Positions 21,211-31,354 of a stretch of DNA of 60,597 nt are shown one piece after another. The DNA lies in the NCBI GenBank assembly GCA_044869275.1, contig JBIOXB010000177.1, forward strand, positions 1 to 60,597, given 5' to 3'. The notes below the pieces were generated by a model. The model saw only the letters and a program-made list of their open reading frames with translations, did not search any database and was not told the origin of the DNA. Each line of letters begins with the position of its first letter. Position 1 is the first letter of the stretch. Origin of the DNA: a bacterium (GTDB lineage Bacteria; Zhuqueibacterota; Zhuqueibacteria; Zhuqueibacterales; Zhuqueibacteraceae). The position numbers were made by a program, and so were the translations under genes.

Positions 21211-21636
21211 TTACGCCTCCAGTTTGGCGTCCAGCGTAATCGTCGCGGTGAGTGCGCGCGAAATGATGCAATTCGTTTTGGCGTCGTTCGCCAACTCGTC
21301 GAATTTGGCGCGATCCACTCCCGGTGCCTTGCCCCGCAATTCCAAATGAATCGTGGTAATGCTCCAATTGCCCTGCACTTGCTCGAGCGTCAGATTTGCG
21401 CGCGTGCTCAGTTTCTCCGGCTTGAACCCCGCAGCGCTCAATTTGGCCCCAAGTGCCATGGTGAAACATCCCGCCAGCGCGGCGGCGATCAATTCCTCGG
21501 GATTCGTGCCCGCCCCGGATTCAAAGCGGGTGCTGAACGAATACGGTGTTTCCTGCAGAACACCGCTTTGCGTGGACAGCGAACCCTTGCCTTCCTTCAA
21601 AGTCCCTTGCCAAACGGCTGAAGCGTGGCGTTTCAT
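21211..21636 (-). CDS. osmC: OsmC family peroxiredoxin
   Basis: ASAVWQG.LKEGKG, GTNPEELIAAALAGCF and AKTNCIISRAL. Confidence 0.92.
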   Translation of the reverse strand: MKRHASAVWQGTLKEGKGSLSTQSGVLQETPYSFSTRFESGAGTNPEELIAAALAGCFTMALGAKLSAAGFKPEKLSTRANLTLEQVQGNWSITTIHLELRGKAPGVDRAKFDELANDAKTNCIISRALTATITLDAKLEA

Positions 21637-21768
21637 GATTTCTTTCCTTTCTAATAAATTGCTCAAAGATTGTGGGGGAGTACAATAAGGATCCGGCCTG
21701 CGAAAGTCGTGAAATGCCTCAGTTCATTTCGCATCCGTCGTGGGTTTCACGAGCAATGCCATACCAAC

Positions 21769-22045
21769 TTACCACGGGACAGCTTTGCGATCGCGCAAAA
21801 ACTGGCCGGTCAAACCTTGCGGCGCTGCCGTCGCGAGCCAGACAATCGTCTCCGCGCCTTTTTCTACGGAACTCGGCGCCAGGCGGCCACCCATGTCGGT
21901 TCTCACCCAGCCGGGACAGACTGAATTCACGGCAATGCCCTGGCTTTGCAATGCCGCTGCAAGCTGCCGCGTGACCGCATTCAAGGCGGTTTTGGAAATG
22001 CTGTAGGCCGCGATTGGCGCCGGTGATTAAAGCCGTTTTAGGCAT
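21769..22045 (-). pseudogene. Short-chain dehydrogenase remnant (internal deletion plus frameshift)
   Basis: MPKTALITGANRG is joined out of frame to AYSISKTALNAVT...VNSVCPGWVRTDMGG (YxxxK motif). Confidence 0.8.
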
Positions 22046-22134
22046 GCTTTGCATACCTCTAGTTTGAGATGACGCTCTTAGTCCAGCTGCAGGATGGCGT
22101 GGTTAATTGCTGCAGGTTGAGCCCCGCCGTCATG

Positions 22135-23019
22135 TTATGCTTCCACAACAATTTCTATCCCGTTCCCATCCTGATCGCGCGTCAAAATAGATGGCCGGCG
22201 CGTGGCCGCACTCTCATCTTCAAACGGCAGGCCGGCCGCTTGCAGGCGATCGGTCAACAATTCAAGAGTCTTCAGATCTGGAATTCGTAGGGAGAAAGAA
22301 AGCAATCCCACCGCCTCGGGCGGTGGGGGCGGCGCGCCTTGACCGGCCCAAATATTCACGCCCACGTGGTGATGATAACCACCCGCCGACAGAAACAATG
22401 CCCCGGGATATGTTCGTTGTGTGACTTCCAATCCCAGCACGCCATGATAAAACGCTTCGGCTCGTTTCAGATCGGAAACGTGCAGATGCACGTGGCCAAT
22501 ATCTGTTTGCGCATGGATTTCATATCGTTTGCCGGCATCCTGTTCGGCCTCGCGCAACAGGGCGTCAACCTGCAGCGGCTCGGTAAACATGGTCACCGCG
22601 CCGTTGCGCCACACCCACTGCTCGCGCGGCCGGTCGGCGTAAAGCTCGATGCCGTTGCCATCGGGGTCGGTCAGATACAGCGCTTCGCTCACGCCGTGAT
22701 CGGAAAAGCCTTGAAATGGCCAGCCATGCTCGAGCAATCGTCGAAAGACACTTGCCAAGGCACGCCGATGGGGGAACCGAATAGCCACATGGTAGAGCCC
22801 CGTCGTTCTTGGCGGCTTGGGCCTGGCATCTGGGTGCACGTTTAACGCCAGGTGCGCTGGAGGACGGCCGGTGGGGGAGAGGGCAGCGCTCACCTGGTTG
22901 CGCTTGATTTCTTTGAAGCCGATGTCATCTCTGTAAAAGCCCAAAGCGCGTTCCAAGTCCGACACTTGCAGTTTCGCATGGCCGATCTGCGTGGCTGCAG
23001 GCAAACGGAAATCATCCAT
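22135..23019 (-). CDS. catE: VOC family ring-cleavage dioxygenase (CatE-like)
   Basis: TTGLYHVAI, SDHGVSEALYLTDPDGNGIELY, IGHVHL and GGYHHH motifs. Confidence 0.85.
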   Translation of the reverse strand: MDDFRLPAATQIGHAKLQVSDLERALGFYRDDIGFKEIKRNQVSAALSPTGRPPAHLALNVHPDARPKPPRTTGLYHVAIRFPHRRALASVFRRLLEHGWPFQGFSDHGVSEALYLTDPDGNGIELYADRPREQWVWRNGAVTMFTEPLQVDALLREAEQDAGKRYEIHAQTDIGHVHLHVSDLKRAEAFYHGVLGLEVTQRTYPGALFLSAGGYHHHVGVNIWAGQGAPPPPPEAVGLLSFSLRIPDLKTLELLTDRLQAAGLPFEDESAATRRPSILTRDQDGNGIEIVVEA

Positions 23020-23325
23020 ATCCAAACCTCCTGTCAAGCGCCGTTCGCCGCTATTTTCGCCGCGAGAAGCTTCGCGGCCCCCGCCTGCGCCAGCGCGACT
23101 GCGGGGTCGTTCTGCTGCGCACCGAAGTATGCTCTGCGGAAGTGGCGACAAAAGTGGCTGGGCGAGGAATCATGGCTGAAGTATTTCGGGCTTGCACAAC
23201 TTTGCACAAGGCCATAATAATGCATCAAAAGACCACTTGCAAGAAATAAGCGCATATCGCTGGCAGCATGGGCGGGCTGCGCCGTGCCGGTCGTCCCTCC
23301 GCGCTCGCTGTGCCGCATGGACGAT

Positions 23326-23934
23326 TTACTGCTTGGGCGCCTCTGGTGCTTTCGCAATCGCTTCGATGTTCAAAGTAATCTCCACGTCCTTGCCCACGAC
23401 CAAGTTGCCCGGCTCGAAAGCGCGATCCCATTTCACGCCATAATCGAAACGATCGATCGTGATCTTGGCCTCGACGCCCAGGCGCTTGTTGCCGTGCTGA
23501 TCTTTGATCGTCCCGAGGACGGCAAAGGGCAGGGCAATTTCCTTCGTCACGCCGCGCAAAGTAAAATCCCCGACCGCGACGTAGCCCTCGCCCTTCTTTT
23601 CGATTTTCTTGCTGGCGAACGTGATGACCGAGTCACTCGCGGCGTTGAAAAAATCAGCGCTGCGCAGATGGTTGTCGCGGTTTTCATTTGCCGTGTTGAT
23701 GCTGGCGGTCTTGATGGTCACATGCACGGACGATTTGGTGAGATCATTCTCGTCATAGTTAATCGTGCCGGAAAAATCCTTGAATCCGCCGCTCACTTTG
23801 GCAATGGCCATGTGCCGCACGGTGAAGCCGACATTGGAGTGCGAAGGGTCGATTTCGAATTTCTCGCCGGCAAAACTGCTCGCGGCAAACAGGCATAAAA
23901 CAATCAACGCCACCACCGAAGTTTTGAAACGCAT
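23326..23934 (-). CDS. yceI: YceI family secreted isoprenoid/quinone-binding protein
   Basis: Signal peptide; IDPSHSNVGFTVRH, RDNHLRSADFF and GDFTLRGVTKEI. Confidence 0.9.
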   Translation of the reverse strand: MRFKTSVVALIVLCLFAASSFAGEKFEIDPSHSNVGFTVRHMAIAKVSGGFKDFSGTINYDENDLTKSSVHVTIKTASINTANENRDNHLRSADFFNAASDSVITFASKKIEKKGEGYVAVGDFTLRGVTKEIALPFAVLGTIKDQHGNKRLGVEAKITIDRFDYGVKWDRAFEPGNLVVGKDVEITLNIEAIAKAPEAPKQ

Positions 23935-24029
23935 GGTTCCTCCATTGAAGTTGAATAGGATGAGTGAACAATGATGACCCGCGCATTGCCGTACGCGGGC
24001 CGCAAAAATACCTGCACGGCAAATTACGC

Positions 24030-24515
24030 TCACCGTGAGGCTTGAATGGACTTGCCTAATTTCTTGAGCAGCTTGAGCAGCACCGTTTTTTCATGCGCTG
24101 AAAGCACGCCGGTCATCTTTTCGATGGTTTGGGCGTGCGGTGGAAAAATCTCCGTCATCAGCCGGCTGCCGGCTTCGGTCAAATGAATGCGAAACATGCG
24201 GCGATCGCCGGCTTCCATCACCCGCTGCACCAGCCCCTTTTCCTCCAAGCGATCGACGACGCCGGTGATGTTGGCGCCGCTGGTGAGATACTTTTGCGCG
24301 ATCTCGCACATTTTCATGGGACCGAGATGCGCCAAGGCTTCCAGCACCCCGAACTGTGGCGCGGTCAATTCATAGCTCTTTATCTCGGTGGCCTCTGCTT
24401 GCGCACAGGAATTATAACAGCGCGCCAGCGCCACCCACAGTTTCAACGCCAGCCGTTGCTCGGCGCGGTACCGGTCGCGGTCCAAAATGGCGTTTTTGAT
24501 CAGGCGCAAGTTCAT
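24030..24515 (-). CDS. MarR family transcriptional regulator
   Basis: LTAPQFGVLEAL, GANITGVVDRLEEKGLV and DRR motifs. Confidence 0.92.
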   Translation of the reverse strand: MNLRLIKNAILDRDRYRAEQRLALKLWVALARCYNSCAQAEATEIKSYELTAPQFGVLEALAHLGPMKMCEIAQKYLTSGANITGVVDRLEEKGLVQRVMEAGDRRMFRIHLTEAGSRLMTEIFPPHAQTIEKMTGVLSAHEKTVLLKLLKKLGKSIQASR

Positions 24516-24716
24516 GCCGGGGATTTCTTTTTGATATCGTTTTTGTCCAGATATTCAATACTTAAACTATATACAATTTAAAAATCAAAATCGAAAAAGC
24601 AAGCACATTTTCTTTCGGGAAGTTCCGGGAAGGAGTCGAGGCTATCGCGCTGGGGCGAGGACGGAGGGCGTGGCTGGCGCGGCATGGCGGTTTTTCAGGA
24701 TGCGGAAATGAATAAT

Positions 24717-25625
24717 TCATTCCAGCCGGAAGAGTTTTTTGGCATTCTCGCGCACGACTTTGTCAAAATCGCTTTTCGGCAAGTTCTTTTCCAAATGCCC
24801 GATCATGGCCGAGTATTTTTCATAGTGCTCTTGGCCGTAATAAGTGGCATCCGTGCCAAAAAGAACGCGACCAGCGCCGGCTGCGGAGATCGCCTGCAGC
24901 ACCGCCGTGGGATCGGCTTGCGAAGTTTCTAAATAAAGATCGGCGTCTTTCCCGGCCCGCGCTCTGGATACGATCGCAATAGCGTCGTCATGCGGTCCTA
25001 AGAATCCCATGTGGTAGAGAATAATCGGAACGCTTGGATGCCGTCGTGCCGCGGCATATATTTTTTCGGGGGCGGAGGCACTGCCCTTCTCCCCGCAATG
25101 AAACACCGCTGGTACGCGATACTTCTCGCAGAGCTCGAGATAGCCATCGACGCAAGAACTGTCCGCCGCAAACTGGTTCATTTCCGGATGCAATTTCACG
25201 CCGACGAAACCATGATCGCGCAAGAACGGCTCGACATTTAGTGGAGAGGCTTCGGGGTCTGTGGGCCGCGTCCAAACCAGGCCGCGAAATTTGCCGGAAT
25301 ATTTTTTCACCGTTTCCAGTGTGATGCGATTCGCCGTGACCTCATCCAAATCCAGCGTTTGGCCGGGAAGGTGTGCGCCATCTATGTTTGAAATCAGCAC
25401 CAGCCTAATCCCGAAACGATCGATGTTCTCCAGCAAAGTTTCCGTGCGCAAATCATATCCGCGGAAGCTGCCAATGTGGCCGTGGATATCTATGATCTGC
25501 AAGTCCGCCCAGACCGGTTTTTGATTCATATTCTTTTCCTGCGCAAAAACTAAAGCATGGCGGAACAGACCTGAAGAAATGAACGAAAGCAGCGCTGCGC
25601 TTAGCGCCCATTTAGGATTGAGCAT
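24717..25625 (-). CDS. Amidohydrolase family protein (Amidohydro_2), probable signal peptide
   Basis: IDIHGH, GVKLHP, FHCG, YHMG, LETS and LFGTD motifs. Confidence 0.85.
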   Translation of the reverse strand: MLNPKWALSAALLSFISSGLFRHALVFAQEKNMNQKPVWADLQIIDIHGHIGSFRGYDLRTETLLENIDRFGIRLVLISNIDGAHLPGQTLDLDEVTANRITLETVKKYSGKFRGLVWTRPTDPEASPLNVEPFLRDHGFVGVKLHPEMNQFAADSSCVDGYLELCEKYRVPAVFHCGEKGSASAPEKIYAAARRHPSVPIILYHMGFLGPHDDAIAIVSRARAGKDADLYLETSQADPTAVLQAISAAGAGRVLFGTDATYYGQEHYEKYSAMIGHLEKNLPKSDFDKVVRENAKKLFRLE

Positions 25626-25646
25626 TAAATAACTTTCGCAGTTCTC

Positions 25647-25717
25647 AAACCGCGAATGGACGCGAATTCACGCGAATTGAGAAAATATTTGCGTGCATTC
25701 GCGTGAATTGGCGGTTT
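25647..25717. repeat. Decamer-array inverted repeat (CGCGAAT type)
   Basis: aaac cgcgaatgga cgcgaattca cgcgaattga gaaaata tttgcgtgca ttcgcgtgaa ttggcggttt. Confidence 0.8.
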
Positions 25718-25795
25718 CAATAAACGGGCAAGTTGTTTAGACGGCAATCCTTCGCATTTCCCGAACGTGAAACTCGTGTACGGGCAAATCCAGCG

Positions 25796-27058
25796 TTATG
25801 CAAGGTCCTGCAGAACCCGCATCAGCCGCGTAATTTCCTCTGCCGTATTGTAGTGCACCAATCCGATGCGCACGACTCCTCCCTGCTCTTCCACGCCCAA
25901 ACGCGTCGTCACCTCGAGCGCATAGAAGTTACCATCCCATACATAGATATTCTCCGCCGCCAGCCGCTCGGCGATCCTGCGCGGCGAATGCTTGGGCATG
26001 CGCATGGCCACCGTCGGCGTGCGATGATCGAAGCGTGCCGGAGCGGTGAGACCGTAAATTTTCACGCCTGGAATGGCCTGCAAGTTTTCAATCAATTTTT
26101 CCGCAAGCTGCTTTTCATACGCTTGAATCGCTGCCAACGCGCATTTGAGCTGCAGTTTTCTTCCGGCAAAATTGCTGAACAATCCAGAGTATTCGGATTC
26201 GAATTTTCGGCCGAGATCGGCAAGATAATCGATTGCAGCGCCTGTTCCGGCCAAGCCTTCGTGATTCAAGGTTCCAGTTTCAAACTTGAACGGCGGGGTG
26301 ATTTCTTGGGGCCGGACTTTGTAGGCCTGCAATCGCTCCAGAATTTCGTGCCTGCCGTACAACACGCCGACATGCGGTCCGAAAAACTTGTACGCGGAAC
26401 AAACGAGAAAATCGCAATCCAGGGATTGCACGTCGAGCGGCGCATGCGGGGCGTAGTGCACGGCGTCAACATACACCAGCGCCCCGGCGGCATGCGCCTT
26501 TGGAATGATGCGCTTCACGTCATTGATCGTGCCCGTGGCGTTGGAAGCCAGCCCCACGGCGACCAGTTTGGTCCTAGGCGAAAGAAGCCGATCCAGGCCT
26601 TCGTAATCGAGCGTGCAATCCTCGGGATGGAAATCCAAAAACCGCGCCTTAATTCCCCGCTCCTGCAGCGCGAGCCACGGCGCGAGATTGGCATCGTGAT
26701 CGAGACGCGTGACGATGATTTCATCGCCTTCGCGCCAATCGCGCGCGAGGCTGCGGCTGAGGTGAAACGTCAGCGTGGTCATGTTCGCGCCAAAGACGAT
26801 TTGTGTCGCGGAGGCATTGCAAAAATCCGCCATGGCCTCGCGCGCGGCATGTAGAATCTCATCCGTGCGCGCGCTGGTAGCGAATGCGCCGTGCGTGTTG
26901 GCATTATGGGCGAGCAAATAACTCGACATCGCGTCCGCGACGCGTTGCGGCACTTGCGTACCGCCGGGGCCGTCGAAATAAACCGCGGTCCGGCCCTGTG
27001 CATCGCGCCGCTGCAGCGCGGGAAATTCACTACGGAAGGAAGAAAGATCTGGGGTCAT
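25796..27058 (-). CDS. Cysteine desulfurase-like PLP enzyme (class V aminotransferase, VC1184 type)
   Basis: YFDGPGGTQVP, DHDAN, DAVHYAPH, CSAYKFFGPH and FETGT; the usual catalytic Cys is not evident. Confidence 0.88.
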   Translation of the reverse strand: MTPDLSSFRSEFPALQRRDAQGRTAVYFDGPGGTQVPQRVADAMSSYLLAHNANTHGAFATSARTDEILHAAREAMADFCNASATQIVFGANMTTLTFHLSRSLARDWREGDEIIVTRLDHDANLAPWLALQERGIKARFLDFHPEDCTLDYEGLDRLLSPRTKLVAVGLASNATGTINDVKRIIPKAHAAGALVYVDAVHYAPHAPLDVQSLDCDFLVCSAYKFFGPHVGVLYGRHEILERLQAYKVRPQEITPPFKFETGTLNHEGLAGTGAAIDYLADLGRKFESEYSGLFSNFAGRKLQLKCALAAIQAYEKQLAEKLIENLQAIPGVKIYGLTAPARFDHRTPTVAMRMPKHSPRRIAERLAAENIYVWDGNFYALEVTTRLGVEEQGGVVRIGLVHYNTAEEITRLMRVLQDLA

Positions 27059-27068
27059 GATTGCTCTG

Positions 27069-27719
27069 TTATGCCATGAGACTTTCATTCGGATTGAGCA
27101 AGAACTCTTGCAACGACTCAAAAAACTGGCCGACGTGCAGGCCATCCATCAAAGCATGATGCGCCTCGACGGAAACCGGCATTCTGGCCGCGCTCGAACT
27201 GCGATCGTATTTGCCGAAGACAATTTTAGGCACGGAGTTTTGAGTTTTGAATCTTTTGGCATGCGAAAAACTCGTGAAAGAAATCCAGGGGATGACGGAG
27301 CAGTGTATCAAATCGTCCCGTTCATCCCGCGGCTCGAGTTTCTTGTTCCCCGCCGCATAGCGCTTTAACTTCTCGGAAGCTTCGTCATGAAATTGCCGGA
27401 AGTTGGGATGATAGTCAAAATAACAAAAACCGAAAGTTTGATCTGGATTCAGAACCGTGGACCCAGCATGAATCACTTCGTGCACCAGCACCTGCTCTCC
27501 ACGGAGGCGATAACGGAACGCAGGGATGGCATTCGTGGATTTTAGGGCAAGGTACAGATATGAGATAAAAAACGAAAAGCCGCACTCTTTGACGTGAGCC
27601 AGCGCAGCCGAAATCTCCACTTCGGCGCAGATATTGAAGAAGGGGTCGTCAAAATCCTTGTAGAAGCGAAAATGCTCTTTGCGATTCCACTGGTCGAGGT
27701 CCAAGTAGCTTGCCATCAC
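27069..27719 (-). CDS. CatA-like (type A chloramphenicol) O-acetyltransferase
   Basis: W.RKEHF, SVIPWISFTSF, PKIVFGK and HHALMDGLH motifs. Confidence 0.88.
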   Translation of the reverse strand: MMASYLDLDQWNRKEHFRFYKDFDDPFFNICAEVEISAALAHVKECGFSFFISYLYLALKSTNAIPAFRYRLRGEQVLVHEVIHAGSTVLNPDQTFGFCYFDYHPNFRQFHDEASEKLKRYAAGNKKLEPRDERDDLIHCSVIPWISFTSFSHAKRFKTQNSVPKIVFGKYDRSSSAARMPVSVEAHHALMDGLHVGQFFESLQEFLLNPNESLMA

Positions 27720-27797
27720 GCCAACTCATTCGATTTAAAACAAGAATGGCTGTTCCTGCGCGCAGACTTTCGATTTGCCACGGGATGCCATTCGGCC

Positions 27798-28955
27798 TCA
27801 GAACGCGGCAAAATAAATCTGCAGAATTTCCTCCTCCGTCAAAGCACGAGGATTGAATTTCCCGGTCCACTCCTGCAGCGCGGCTCGCGCCAGCGCCGGC
27901 AGGTCATGCTCCGCGACATGGCAATCGCGCAAGCGCAACGGTAATCCGGCGAGGGTCAGGAACTCTTTCACCTTGCCGATCAACGCCTCGACGCTATTCC
28001 CATGTGCCGCTGGCGCCGCGTTCACCGCTTCGAGTAAAACGGCATAATCTTCGGCCGCGATCAAGCCATTGCACTGTATGACGTGCGGCAACATCAATCC
28101 GACGGCAATGCCGTGCGCAATGCCGTATTTTGCGGTCAAAGGATTGGCACAGGCATGCGCGGCACCGAGCATGGAATTCTCGATGGCATGTCCGGCGAGA
28201 TGCGCGCCCAGCAGCATTTCTGCGAGTATAGAAAGATCATTTGAATTTTGCAAACTGGGAATGAGATTTTTTGCGAGCAGCCGCCAGGCTTCTTTTGAAA
28301 ACATGCGCGAGATCGGGTTGGCGCGAGTGGAGACAGAACTCTCAATCGCATGGGCAATGGCATCAATGCCGGTGATCGCAGCGACCCTTTGCGGCACAGA
28401 AGTCAACAAAACCGGATCGAGGATCACGGCACGAAATCTTGCTTTCAAATCGCCACATGCCATTTTACGATGTGTGCCAGCTTGTGCGATCAATGCATAG
28501 GATTGCGCTTCGCTGCCCGTGCCAGCGGTGGTGGGAATGCCAATGGCAGGCAGCATCGGCTTGGCCGCTTTGCCGAAGCCCCAGTAGTCTTCCATCCTGC
28601 CGCCGTTGCTGAGCAGAAAATTGATACCCTTGGCGCAATCCATGGCGCTGCCGCCGCCGAGGGCGATGATGAGATCGATTGCCTGCGCGCGTGCGTAAGC
28701 AGCGCCTTTTTCAACATGAGCCGTGGTGGGATTCTCTTCGACTTGGTCAAAAACAAAGCAGGCGAGATTTTCCAGTGCCAAGCTTTTCAGTGCCCTCTCG
28801 ACATGGCCGGAAGCGATCAGACCACCATCGGTCACCAGCAGTATCCGGCGCCCTCCCAGTTCTTTTGCCAACTCGCCGAGACGAGCGAGTTCATTTTCTC
28901 CAAAGATGACGCGAATGGTGGGGTGAAAATCGAACTGTAACAAATCAGGAAGCAT
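27798..28955 (-). CDS. Iron-containing alcohol dehydrogenase
   Basis: GGGSAMDCAK, PTTAGTGSE, DAIAHAIE, GAAH and HG motifs. Confidence 0.92.
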   Translation of the reverse strand: MLPDLLQFDFHPTIRVIFGENELARLGELAKELGGRRILLVTDGGLIASGHVERALKSLALENLACFVFDQVEENPTTAHVEKGAAYARAQAIDLIIALGGGSAMDCAKGINFLLSNGGRMEDYWGFGKAAKPMLPAIGIPTTAGTGSEAQSYALIAQAGTHRKMACGDLKARFRAVILDPVLLTSVPQRVAAITGIDAIAHAIESSVSTRANPISRMFSKEAWRLLAKNLIPSLQNSNDLSILAEMLLGAHLAGHAIENSMLGAAHACANPLTAKYGIAHGIAVGLMLPHVIQCNGLIAAEDYAVLLEAVNAAPAAHGNSVEALIGKVKEFLTLAGLPLRLRDCHVAEHDLPALARAALQEWTGKFNPRALTEEEILQIYFAAF

Positions 28956-29009
28956 CAGTTTTCAATTGATATCCAATAAATCTTATAAAGACGCCCTGTG
29001 CAAGCGTTC

Positions 29010-30437
29010 TCAGACCTTTATGAGCAACTGCAGAGCACGCTGGTGATAGAGATGCTCGAACAAATTCCCTTCGTGCGGTTGATCCCAATAAATCTTGTTG
29101 GTGGGAATGGGCCCGATATTGAGGCGATCAACGTTGCGTGCGGAAATAAGCGCGCGTGTGAATTCTTCCGCCTCCGTTATTGCCGTCAGCACCAGCGTCG
29201 AGCCGATGCGATCCAGCAGCTCGGGTTGCGGCGTTTGCACGACGCTGGCAAAGGGAAATAAAAACTCAACATTTGCCAAGGGATGCGCGGCATCGTCACA
29301 CCAGATGATCGTTGGCAGCAGGAAGGTACATCCCTCCTTCTCCACCAGCCGCTCGCCGTCGCGATACTTGGCGGTCAAATCTTCCGCACCGGAAACGTGA
29401 AGCTGCTGGTCGATCATGTCGTTGATGCGTGCGGCAAATTTCTTGTTGGTGAAAGCGGAAATTTGCGCCTGTGGGTCGTCCATCGACCGCGCGGTGATCT
29501 TGGCCAGGCGCTGCGCCAGCGCTTCGGCGATTTCGCGGCCATGCGCCGGAACCCAAACACCAGAGGCGTTCAAACAAGACCGGCCGCCGTTATCGGCAAT
29601 AGAAGTTACCATCAAATCGAGATGATTTTCCCAAGCGTGGATTTGATCTTCGGCGATTACAATCTTGCTCCATCCCGGACCATGAATTTCTACGCGCGGA
29701 TCGTTGGCCCAGGCTTGCACACTGGATTGGTCACCGAAAAACATGGAGCGGCCGCACCGCAACAGTATTTCGGTCGCACCGGCGTGGTCGGAAGGATAAT
29801 AGCTGAACGCCTCCGCCGGACAGCCGGCAGCGATGAAGGCCTGCGCAATGCGGTAAGGCGTCCACGGTTCCTCCCGGCCTGGTTTGAGCACCAGTGGAAC
29901 CTTCAATGGAATCGCAGGCAGCCACAGCGAATGCACGCCCGGTGAATTGCTGGGTAAAATTGCGCCGAGCGCATTCGCCTGGCTGGAAAAACTCACCAGG
30001 CTGTCGTTGTGCACAATCCAGCCGGAGTCCAGAATGTCCAGATCGAGGCCGCGCATAAGGCCGCGCAAAATCGCCGGCATTTCGGTCAACACGCGCTCGA
30101 TCTTCGCCATATTGCGGCGGCAAAGCGTGTGCGGCATGCCGGTGGTGGCCGACAGTTGTTGTACATAATCCTGCGGGCTTTGCGCGGTGCCATCGAGAGG
30201 CAATTCCGCGTGCATGAAAAATTCCGCCGCCCGGCGGCAGATATCCAGCAATTCTTTGACAGGAATTTCTTGCAGGCGGCGACGATGATTTTCTGCTTGC
30301 GCAAAATCCTTGGCGATCAAGCCACGATTGGCCTGGCTGACGACGGCCACCGGTTCGCTGTCCCGAAAGTGTTTTAAGGCAGTCGTATCCAAACTTTTGT
30401 ACGGCTGGCCGGCGCGGAGAATGGGGATGTGGAGCAT
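29010..30437 (-). CDS. Aldehyde-dehydrogenase-fold reductase (EhpG/LuxC-like)
   Basis: ILPSNSPG, LKPG, HGPGWSK, catalytic Cys in GGRSCLNAS and EFLFPF; near the EhpF-like gene. Confidence 0.8.
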   Translation of the reverse strand: MLHIPILRAGQPYKSLDTTALKHFRDSEPVAVVSQANRGLIAKDFAQAENHRRRLQEIPVKELLDICRRAAEFFMHAELPLDGTAQSPQDYVQQLSATTGMPHTLCRRNMAKIERVLTEMPAILRGLMRGLDLDILDSGWIVHNDSLVSFSSQANALGAILPSNSPGVHSLWLPAIPLKVPLVLKPGREEPWTPYRIAQAFIAAGCPAEAFSYYPSDHAGATEILLRCGRSMFFGDQSSVQAWANDPRVEIHGPGWSKIVIAEDQIHAWENHLDLMVTSIADNGGRSCLNASGVWVPAHGREIAEALAQRLAKITARSMDDPQAQISAFTNKKFAARINDMIDQQLHVSGAEDLTAKYRDGERLVEKEGCTFLLPTIIWCDDAAHPLANVEFLFPFASVVQTPQPELLDRIGSTLVLTAITEAEEFTRALISARNVDRLNIGPIPTNKIYWDQPHEGNLFEHLYHQRALQLLIKV

Positions 30438-30473
30438 GGCTGTAAATAAGTTTATAGAGTCTTATAGTTCACA

Positions 30474-30615
30474 TGGAGTGTTGGATAAATGGATTGATGG
30501 ATTGACGGATAGATGGATTATTGGATTACTGGATTCTTGGATTGGGTATGAATTGTAGAGCTCCAGTGATCCATCAATCCGATAATCCATTCAATCCATC
30601 AATCCATCTATCCCA
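30474..30615. repeat. Octamer-array inverted repeat (TGGATTxx / xxAATCCA)
   Basis: Nine degenerate TGGATT-type units, then about six TCCATCAA-type units in the opposite orientation. Confidence 0.85.
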
Positions 30616-30624
30616 ACGCACCCT

Positions 30625-31134
30625 TCACGCTTGCTTGCCGGGTGCAAGGCCACTCAGCGACCGCCCGATGAGGGCCGCGAGCGCCATCATAATGCCGTTG
30701 ACCACAACACCGACAACGCGACCAATCATGGCTTGCGACATGGGCGCGGTGAGTTGTTCCGGAGGGTTCGTGAGGGCGTCGGCCATCGAGATGGAAAACT
30801 TGGCCGGATCCACATTCAACGCATCCCAGTGAATGAAATAAGTGTTCAAACCGGCGGCATAGCTGATGAGCGTGGCCACCAGAATGAGAATCTGTGCCCA
30901 TACACCGATGCTGGCGCCAATCAGCGCAGTGCCTTTCCAGTTAAATCCACCGATGCGCTGCGAGAGCGCGCCGTAATAAATGCTGCTCAATAACATCACC
31001 GAATAAACGGAAAACATGGCATTGCCACGCGGCGCATAAGGCACGCCGGCCAATCCCAAACTGAAGCGCGCCACCGTCCAAATGAGCACCAACAAGAACG
31101 GCAAACGCACGAAACGTAATACCGAGATCAACAT
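30625..31134 (-). CDS. Hypothetical membrane protein (about 4 TM)
   Basis: RBS AGGAGG; four hydrophobic segments. Confidence 0.75.
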   Translation of the reverse strand: MLISVLRFVRLPFLLVLIWTVARFSLGLAGVPYAPRGNAMFSVYSVMLLSSIYYGALSQRIGGFNWKGTALIGASIGVWAQILILVATLISYAAGLNTYFIHWDALNVDPAKFSISMADALTNPPEQLTAPMSQAMIGRVVGVVVNGIMMALAALIGRSLSGLAPGKQA

Positions 31135-31170
31135 GCTTCCTCCTCCTGCAAAAGTGAAAGGGAACTGCAA

Positions 31171-31352
31171 TGGATTGAAGGATTACTGGATTACTGGATT
31201 ACTGGATTACTGGATTACTGGATTACTGGATTACTGGATTACTGGATTGATGGATTGATGGATTGATGGAAGATCCACGCATGCAACAATCCAACAATCC
31301 AACAATCCAACAATCCGACAATCCGACAATCCAACAATCCAACAATCCAAAT
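31171..31352. repeat. Octamer-array inverted repeat with perfect (TGGATTAC)7
   Basis: About 12 TGGATT(AC/GA) units at 31171-31266 and 8 (A/G)ACAATCC units at 31285-31348. Confidence 0.92.
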
Positions 31353-31354
31353 CA

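Noticed and set aside
23034..23320. Possible decayed small membrane gene (DoxX-like RLFLASGLLMH) between yceI and catE
   Set aside because: The similarity is too short to support without a search.
31171..31352. CRISPR array
   Set aside because: Contiguous 8-nt units, no spacers and no cas genes in the window.
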